Positions 61,801-64,000 of a stretch of DNA of 64,000 bases are shown piece after piece. Source of the DNA: Candidatus Latescibacterota bacterium. GTDB lineage: Bacteria > Latescibacterota > UBA2968. The stretch's first letter is position 1. Every line of letters starts with the position of its first letter. The position numbers were made by a program, and so were the translations under genes. The stretch lies in NCBI GenBank assembly GCA_965207885.1, contig OZ242311.1, forward strand, positions 6,164,722 through 6,228,721, written 5' to 3'. Below the pieces are notes generated by a model. That model had not been told where the DNA came from, did not search any database, and worked only from the letters and a program-made list of their open reading frames with translations.

Positions 61801-64000
61801 CAACGCGGTGCAAGTAACCGTACATCTGAGTGCCGACCCCGAACGACGTGTGGTAATTCCGCTGTGGATGTCGCTTTCGTCCGTCAGTGGTGCGACAGAA
61901 TCAGACTATACAGGCGTGCCTGAACAGATTGTCTTTGAAAGTGGCGAGACGGTCAAAACATTTACAGTCAGAGCAAAAGATGACGATGAAATTGAAGACG
62001 ACGAGCGCGTGAGAATGCGCTTTAGATCACTGCCGGATGGAGTAAATGCTGGCAGTTTATCTACTTTACATATCATCGATAATGACAATCCTGTTGTGAC
62101 TGTTTCGTTTGATCAGTCACATTACACGGCAACAGAGGGTGAGGATGCGGTGACAATCACAGTATCCCTGAGTACAGACCCGAAGCGCCGTGTAGAGATT
62201 CCACTATTGGTAACACCTGAAAATGGCGCAACACAGGCAGACTATACAGGTGTACCTGAGCAGATTGTCTTTGAAAGTGGCGAGACGGTCAAAACATTTG
62301 CTCTGCTTGCAACGGACGATAATGTAGATGATGACGGTGAGACAATAACCCTCAGATTTGGCACATTGCCGGATGGGGTGAACAACGGTGGATCGACATC
62401 TGTGGCTCTTGTCGATAACGATGACCCTGTTGTGACTGTTTCGTTTGACCAGTCGCATTACACGGCAACAGAGGGTGAGGATGCGGTGACAATCACAGTA
62501 TCCCTGAGTGCAGACCCGAAGCGCCGTGTAGAGATTCCACTATTGGTAACACCTGAAAATGGCGCAACACAGGCAGACTATACAGGTGTACCTGAGCAGA
62601 TTGTCTTTGAAAGTGGCGAGACGGTCAAAACATTTGCTCTGCTTGCAACGGACGATAATGTAGATGATGACGGTGAGACAATAACCCTCAGATTTGGCAC
62701 ATTGCCGGATGGGGTGAACAACGGTGGATCGACATCTGTGGCTCTTGTCGATAACGATGACCCTGTTGTGACTGTTTCGTTTGACCAGTCGCATTACACG
62801 GCAACAGAGGGTGAGGATGCGGTGACAATCACAGTATCCCTGAGTGCAGACCCGAAGCGCCGTGTAGAGATTCCACTATTGGTAACACCTGAAAATGGCG
62901 CAACACAGGCAGACTATACAGGTGTACCTGAGCAGATTGTCTTTGAAAGTGGCGAGACGGTCAAAACATTTGCTCTGCTTGCAACGGACGATAATGTAGA
63001 TGATGACGGTGAGACAATAACCCTCAGATTTGGCACATTGCCGGATGGGGTGAACAACGGTGGATCGACATCTGTGGCTCTTGTCGATAACGATGACCCT
63101 GTTGTGACTGTTTCGTTTGACCAGTCGCATTACACGGCAACAGAGGGTGAGGATGCGGTGACAATCACAGTATCCCTGAGTGCAGACCCGAAGCGCCGTG
63201 TAGAGATTCCACTATTGGTAACACCTGAAAATGGCGCAACACAGGCAGACTATACAGGTGTACCTGAGCAGATTGTCTTTGAAAGTGGCGAGACGGTCAA
63301 AACATTTGCTCTGCTTGCAACGGACGATAATGTAGATGATGACGGTGAGACAATAACCCTCAGATTTGGCACATTGCCGGATGGGGTGAACAACGGTGGA
63401 TCGACATCTGTGGCTCTTGTCGATAACGATGACCCTGTTGTGACTGTTTCGTTTGACCAGTCGCATTACACGGCAACAGAGGGTGAGGATGCGGTGACAA
63501 TCACAGTATCCCTGAGTGCAGACCCGAAGCGCCGTGTAGAGATTCCACTATTGGTAACACCTGAAAATGGCGCAACACAGGCAGACTATACAGGTGTACC
63601 TGAGCAGATTGTCTTTGAAAGTGGCGAGACGGTCAAAACATTTGCTCTGCTTGCAACGGACGATAATGTAGATGATGACGGTGAGACAATAACCCTCAGA
63701 TTTGGCACATTGCCGGATGGGGTGAACAACGGTGGATCGACATCTGTGGCTCTTGTCGATAACGATGACCCTGTTGTGACTGTTTCGTTTGACCAGTCGC
63801 ATTACACGGCAACAGAGGGTGAGGATGCGGTGACAATCACAGTATCCCTGAGTACAGACCCGAAGCGCCGTGTAGAGATTCCACTATTGGTAACACCTGA
63901 AAATGGCGCAACACAGGCAGACTATACAGGTGTACCTGAGCAGATTGTCTTTGAAAGTGGCGAGACGGTCAAAACATTTGCTCTGCTTGCAACGGACGAT
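43832..64000 (+). CDS. Giant secreted Calx-beta/Ig-like repeat protein (adhesin-like), at least 6723 codons, 3'-truncated by the window
   Basis: Frame from ATG 43832 gives a hydrophobic signal ending IPAKA|QSFSIADVSVTEG. Repeats contain DEGDETFLVQLS...GTITDND. The same frame is in use at base 64000, and the ORF track lists no terminated + ORF here. Confidence 0.88.
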   Translation, partial: MFTPPPPIIRSNWEKHLPPKPDKQTCFAQGECPKSVVGTTRTASREANGCKIILSFFVFLIFIAFGSIPAKAQSFSIADVSVTEGSAATFTVTRSGATGTTVSVKWNTANDASGTDPAEANDYTAQTSKQTLSFGANDAIKTFTVATTNDAVDEGDETFLVQLSEASAGTSITDAEAVGTITDNDTKGVTVVPTSVTVTEAAGTTRTATYTVVLTSQPTGSVTVAVASDDTDAATVDESRLTFSISTWSTAQTVTVTGVDNQLDDGASRSATVEHTVSGADYAGVDASDVDVTVTDDDAAPTFSIADATVREGSAATFNVTRNGATGTTVSVKWNTANDASGTDPAEANDYTAQTSKQTLNFAIGDEIKTLSVQTTTDAVDEGNETFLVELSEATGATITDAEAVGTITDDDHAAIRVNDSSTFVGESLSRPHTVWLTSEPTDDVTVTITMTDVDENFLTVSPEEFTFTTQNWNIAQTVTVTPVDDDVFRSFPWRSFTYTAAGGGYDGKTHIVEVQIWDNDLWEWKTYPEASIQDESFGLRPASFETSLIYTLESRNENLATVSPSSFTVTRTGDSFAGDYPQEFTVTILDNDLVGDQTVELLGTFIRPSPTHPPNYRVFPPLLITITDNDRGVSLSANPNPVPEGSSVTVTATLTRALADTAGTIPVTIPVTIPAGTAESGDFGSLANITIARGQASGTGTISITNDAIDEINETFSVGLGTLPSQFQPGSPNSVEVTITDDDTKGVTVAPTSLTVTEAAGTTRTATYTVVLTSQPTGNVTVEVASDDTDAATVDESRLTFSTSTWSTAQTVTVTGVDNNVDDGASRSATVEHTVSGADYASVDASDVDVTVTDDDAAPTFSIADVSVTEGSAATFTVTRSGATGTTVSVKWNTANDASGTDPAEANDYTAVSTKQTLSFGVGVTSQTFNVQTTNDAVDEGDETFLVQLSEASGATITDAEAVGTITDDDTKGVTVDPTSLTVTEAAGTTRTATYTVVLTSQPTGSVTVAVESDDTDAATVDESTLTFSTSTWSTAQTVTVTGVDNNVDDGASRSATIEHTVSGADYASVDASDVDVTVTDDDAAPTFSIADVSVTEGSAATFTVTRSGATGTTVSVKWNTANDGDGDDPAEANDYTAQTTKQTLNFGVGITSLTFNVQTTADSVDEDDETFLVQLSEATGATITTATATGTITDNDTKGVTVDPTSLTVTEAAGNTRTATYTVVLTSQPTGNVTVEVASDDTDIATVDESRLTFSTSNWSTAQTVTVTGVDNNVDDGASRSATIEHTVSGADYASVDASDVDVTVTDDDAAPSFSIADVSVTEGSAATFTVTRSGATGTTVSVKWNTANDASGTDPAEANDYTAVSTKQTLSFGVGVTSQTFNVQTTNDAVDEGDETFLVQLSEASGATITDAEAVGTITDDDTKGVTVDPTSLTVTEAAGTTRTATYTVVLTSQPTGSVTVAVESDDTDAATVDESTLTFSTSTWSTAQTVTVTGVDNNVDDGASRSATIENEVSGADYASVEASDVTVTVTDDDTAPAFSIGDVSVTEGSAATFTVTRSGALGSVASVKWNTANDASGTDPAEANDYTAQTSKQTLSFGANDAIKTFTVATTNDAVDEGDETFLVQLSEATGATISDAEAVGTITDNDTKGVTVAPTSLTVTEAAGSTRTATYTVVLTSQPTGSVTVEVASDDTDAATVDESRLTFSTSTWSTAQTVTVTGVDNNVDDGASRSATIEHTVSGADYASVDASDVDVTVTDDDAAPTFSIADVSVTEGSAATFTVTRSGATGTTVSVKWNTANDGDGDDPAEANDYTAQTTKQTLNFGVGITSLTFNVQTTADSVDEDDETFLVQLSEATGATITTATATGTITDNDTKGVTVDPTSLTVTEAAGNTRTATYTVVLTSQPTGNVTVEVASDDTDIATVDESRLTFSTSNWSTAQTVTVTGVDNNVDDGASRSATIEHTVSGADYASVDASDVDVTVTDDDAAPSFSIADVSVTEGSAATFTVTRSGATGTTVSVKWNTANDASGTDPAEANDYTAVSTKQTLSFGVGVTSQTFNVQTTNDAVDEGDETFLVQLSEASGATITDAEAVGTITDDDTKGVTVDPTSLTVTEAAGTTRTATYTVVLTSQPTGSVTVAVESDDTDAATVDESTLTFSTSTWSTAQTVTVTGVDNNVDDGASRSATIENEVSGADYASVEASDVTVTVTDDDTAPAFSIGDVSVTEGSAATFTVTRSGALGSVASVKWNTANDASGTDPAEANDYTAQTSKQTLSFGANDAIKTFTVATTNDAVDEGDETFLVQLSEATGATISDAEAVGTITDNDTKGVTVAPTSLTVTEAAGSTRTATYTVVLTSQPTGSVTVEVASDDTDAATVDESRLTFSTSTWSTAQTVTVTGVDNNVDDGASRSATIEHTVSGADYASVDASDVDVTVTDDDAAPTFSIADVSVTEGSAATFTVTRSGATGTTVSVKWNTANDGDGDDPAEANDYTAQTTKQTLNFGVGITSLTFNVQTTADSVDEDDETFLVQLSEATGATITTATATGTITDNDTKGVTVDPTSLTVTEAAGNTRTATYTVVLTSQPTGNVTVEVASDDTDIATVDESRLTFSTSNWSTAQTVTVTGVDNNVDDGASRSATIDHEVSGADYASVEASDVDVTVTDDDAAPTFSIADVSVTEGSAATFTVTRSGATGTTVSVKWNTANDASGTDPAEANDYTAQTTKQTLNFAIGDAIKTFTVATTNDAVDEGDETFLVQLSEATGATISDAEAVGTITDNDTKGVTVAPTSLTVTEAAGSTRTATYTVVLTSQPTGSVTVAVESDDTDAATVDESTLTFSTSTWSTAQTVTVTGVDNNVDDGASRSATIEHTVSGADYASVDASDVDVTVTDDDAAPTFSIADVSVTEGSAATFTVTRSGATGTTVSVKWNTANDGDGDDPAEANDYTAQTTKQTLNFAIGDAIKTFTVATTNDAVDEGDETFLVQLSEATGATISDAEAVGTITDNDTKGVTVAPTSLTVTEAAGSTRTATYTVVLTSQPTGSVTVAVESDDTDAATVDESTLTFSTSTWSTAQTVTVTGVDNNVDDGASRSATIEHTVSGADYASVDASDVDVTVTDDDAAPTFSIADVSVTEGSAATFTVTRSGATGTTVSVKWNTANDGDGDDPAEANDYTAQTTKQTLNFGVGITSQTFNVQTTNDAVDEGDETFLVQLSEASGATITDAEAVGTITDDDTKGVTVDPTSLTVTEAAGTTRTATYTVVLTSQPTGSVTVAVESDDTDAATVDESTLTFSTSTWSTAQTVTVTGVDNNVDDGASRSATIEHTVSGADYASVDASDVDVTVTDDDAAPTFSIADVSVTEGSAATFTVTRSGATGTTVSVKWNTANDGDGDDPAEANDYTAQTTKQTLNFGVGITSLTFNVQTTADSVDEDDETFLVQLSEATGATITTATATGTITDNDTKGVTVDPTSLTVTEAAGNTRTATYTVVLTSQPTGNVTVEVASDDTDIATVDESRLTFSTSNWSTAQTVTVTGVDNNVDDGASRSATIEHTVSGADYASVDASDVDVTVTDDDAAPSFSIADVSVTEGSAATFTVTRSGATGTTVSVKWNTANDASGTDPAEANDYTAVSTKQTLSFGVGVTSQTFNVQTTNDAVDEGDETFLVQLSEASGATITDAEAVGTITDDDTKGVTVDPTSLTVTEAAGTTRTATYTVVLTSQPTGSVTVAVESDDTDAATVDESTLTFSTSTWSTAQTVTVTGVDNNVDDGASRSATIENEVSGADYASVEASDVTVTVTDDDTAPAFSIGDVSVTEGSAATFTVTRSGALGSVASVKWNTANDASGTDPAEANDYTAQTSKQTLSFGANDAIKTFTVATTNDAVDEGDETFLVQLSEATGATISDAEAVGTITDNDTKGVTVAPTSLTVTEAAGSTRTATYTVVLTSQPTGSVTVEVASDDTDAATVDESRLTFSTSTWSTAQTVTVTGVDNNVDDGASRSATIEHTVSGADYASVDASDVDVTVTDDDAAPTFSIADVSVTEGSAATFTVTRSGATGTTVSVKWNTANDGDGDDPAEANDYTAQTTKQTLNFGVGITSLTFNVQTTADSVDEDDETFLVQLSEATGATITTATATGTITDNDTKGVTVDPTSLTVTEAAGNTRTATYTVVLTSQPTGNVTVEVASDDTDIATVDESRLTFSTSNWSTAQTVTVTGVDNNVDDGASRSATIDHEVSGADYASVEASDVDVTVTDDDAAPTFSIADVSVTEGSAATFTVTRSGATGTTVSVKWNTANDASGTDPAEANDYTAQTTKQTLNFAIGDAIKTFTVATTNDAVDEGDETFLVQLSEATGATISDAEAVGTITDNDTKGVTVAPTSLTVTEAAGSTRTATYTVVLTSQPTGSVTVAVESDDTDAATVDESTLTFSTSTWSTAQTVTVTGVDNNVDDGASRSATIEHTVSGADYASVDASDVDVTVTDDDAAPTFSIADVSVTEGSAATFTVTRSGATGTTVSVKWNTANDGDGDDPAEANDYTAQTTKQTLNFAIGDAIKTFTVATTNDAVDEGDETFLVQLSEATGATISDAEAVGTITDNDTKGVTVAPTSLTVTEAAGSTRTATYTVVLTSQPTGSVTVAVESDDTDAATVDESTLTFSTSTWSTAQTVTVTGVDNNVDDGASRSATIEHTVSGADYASVDASDVDVTVTDDDAAPTFSIADVSVTEGSAATFTVTRSGATGTTVSVKWNTANDGDGDDPAEANDYTAQTTKQTLNFGVGITSQTFNVQTTNDAVDEGDETFLVQLSEASGATITDAEAVGTITDDDTKGVTVDPTSLTVTEAAGTTRTATYTVVLTSQPTGSVTVAVESDDTDAATVDESTLTFSTSTWSTAQTVTVTGVDNNVDDGASRSATIENEVSGADYASVEASDVTVTVTDDDTAPAFSIGDVSVTEGSAATFTVTRSGALGSVASVKWNTANDASGTDPAEANDYTAQTTKQTLNFAIGDAIKTFTVATTNDAVDEGDETFLVQLSEASGATITDAEAVGTITDDDTKGVTVDPTSLTVTEAAGTTRTATYTVVLTSQPTGSVTVAVESDDTDAATVDESTLTFSTSTWSTAQTVTVTGVDNNVDDGASRSATIENEVSGADYASVEASDVTVTVTDDDTAPAFSIGDVSVTEGSAATFTVTRSGALGSVASVKWNTANDASGTDPAEANDYTAQTSKQTLSFGANDAIKTFTVATTNDAVDEGDETFLVQLSEATGATISDAEAVGTITDNDTKGVTVAPTSLTVTEAAGSTRTATYTVVLTSQPTGSVTVEVESDDTDVATVDESRLTFSTSTWSTAQTVTVTGVDNQLDDGTSRSATIDHEVSGADYASVEASDVDVTVTDDDTAPAFSIGDVSVTEGSVATFTVTRSGALGSVASVKWNTANDASGTDPAEANDYTAQTSKQTLSFGANDAIKTFTVATTNDAVDEGDETFLVQLSEATGATISDAEAVGTITDNDTKGVTVAPTSLTVTEAAGSTRTATYTVVLTSQPTGSVTVEVASDDTDIATVDESRLTFSTSTWSTAQTVTVTGVDNQLDDGASRSATIEHAVSGADYAGVDASDVDVTVTDDDAEPSFTIIEPMPVVSIFPTSQIESVGTIVFSVQLSRTSQQIIKMFCMSVDETAVAGEDYEAEIDTLKISPNTMSEEIEMRLFDDDEVEGDETFKMVLSDLANAQFAGNAQKISTQATIIDDDEPDVMVSFYQSHYTISEGGKAVQIRVEISSGLEDRVELPLSVVHRNGATKADYSGVPEKIVFETWDDFKTFEVMAIDDDDDDDDEAVILDFDTPLPDGISTGGSTTIEIIDNDDPLVTVFYGKENYEIVEGGTKKLLSVHLSAAPLRRVEIPLLAVPANGATQADYSPIPERIIFMPNQIERTFVVSAIDDDDDDDGETVSLGFGPLPDRVNEGSLSTLHIIDNDNPEVTVSYGQENYEIIEGGNAVQVTVHLSADPERRVVIPLWMSLSSVSGATESDYTGVPEQIVFESGETVKTFTVRAKDDDEIEDDERVRMRFRSLPDGVNAGSLSTLHIIDNDNPVVTVSFDQSHYTATEGEDAVTITVSLSTDPKRRVEIPLLVTPENGATQADYTGVPEQIVFESGETVKTFALLATDDNVDDDGETITLRFGTLPDGVNNGGSTSVALVDNDDPVVTVSFDQSHYTATEGEDAVTITVSLSADPKRRVEIPLLVTPENGATQADYTGVPEQIVFESGETVKTFALLATDDNVDDDGETITLRFGTLPDGVNNGGSTSVALVDNDDPVVTVSFDQSHYTATEGEDAVTITVSLSADPKRRVEIPLLVTPENGATQADYTGVPEQIVFESGETVKTFALLATDDNVDDDGETITLRFGTLPDGVNNGGSTSVALVDNDDPVVTVSFDQSHYTATEGEDAVTITVSLSADPKRRVEIPLLVTPENGATQADYTGVPEQIVFESGETVKTFALLATDDNVDDDGETITLRFGTLPDGVNNGGSTSVALVDNDDPVVTVSFDQSHYTATEGEDAVTITVSLSADPKRRVEIPLLVTPENGATQADYTGVPEQIVFESGETVKTFALLATDDNVDDDGETITLRFGTLPDGVNNGGSTSVALVDNDDPVVTVSFDQSHYTATEGEDAVTITVSLSTDPKRRVEIPLLVTPENGATQADYTGVPEQIVFESGETVKTFALLATDD
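46060..60700 (+). repeat. Tandem array of about 21 x 681-bp (227-aa, two-domain) units; a further 1.5 units at about 44054-45070
   Basis: Antisense ORFs recur every 681 bp from 46351 to 60652. Boundaries are approximate. Confidence 0.92.
62090..64000 (+). repeat. Tandem array of at least 5.7 x 336-bp (112-aa) near-identical units
   Basis: Units start at 62090, 62426, 62762, 63098, 63434 and 63770; identical antisense ORFs recur every 336 bp. Confidence 0.93.

Noticed and set aside
43915-63802. Dozens of short repeated minus-strand ORFs
   Set aside because: They are antisense shadows of the giant + strand repeat gene and recur at its 681-bp and 336-bp periods.
46060-64000. Possible CRISPR array or non-coding satellite
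   Set aside because: Unit lengths are multiples of 3, encode protein domains and have no unique spacers; no cas genes are present.

Overview
Bacterial chromosomal window in four parts. (1) 864-2881: a tnpB-only IS200/IS605-family element with both hairpin ends, followed by a vapBC-type pair. (2) About 3060-26790: a 23.7-kb defence island built on three core genes (XRE-HTH/SNF2 helicase/DUF3883-like nuclease, DUF1156-type adenine methyltransferase, DUF499-type AAA+ ATPase), with nuclease, ATPase and TA cargo genes between them. Most cargo blocks are bordered by decayed 35-104 bp copies of the ends of neighbouring core or host genes, which suggests repeated cassette accretion. This is the most unusual signal in the window. 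(3) 26781-43452: housekeeping and accessory genes, including an enolase-superfamily enzyme, an inverted-repeat-bounded nuclease+higBA block, an ECF sigma/anti-sigma operon with an HtrA-like protein lacking its catalytic triad, acs, an Rpn-family gene with an internal start, another TA pair, and bioA/bioD. (4) 43832 to the window end: a giant secreted Calx-beta-repeat gene of at least 6723 codons. It is missing from the ORF track because it has no stop in the window. It has a 5' poly-C tract and nested 681-bp and 336-bp tandem repeats. Family names come from motif recognition by eye, not database searches, and alignments were counted by hand.
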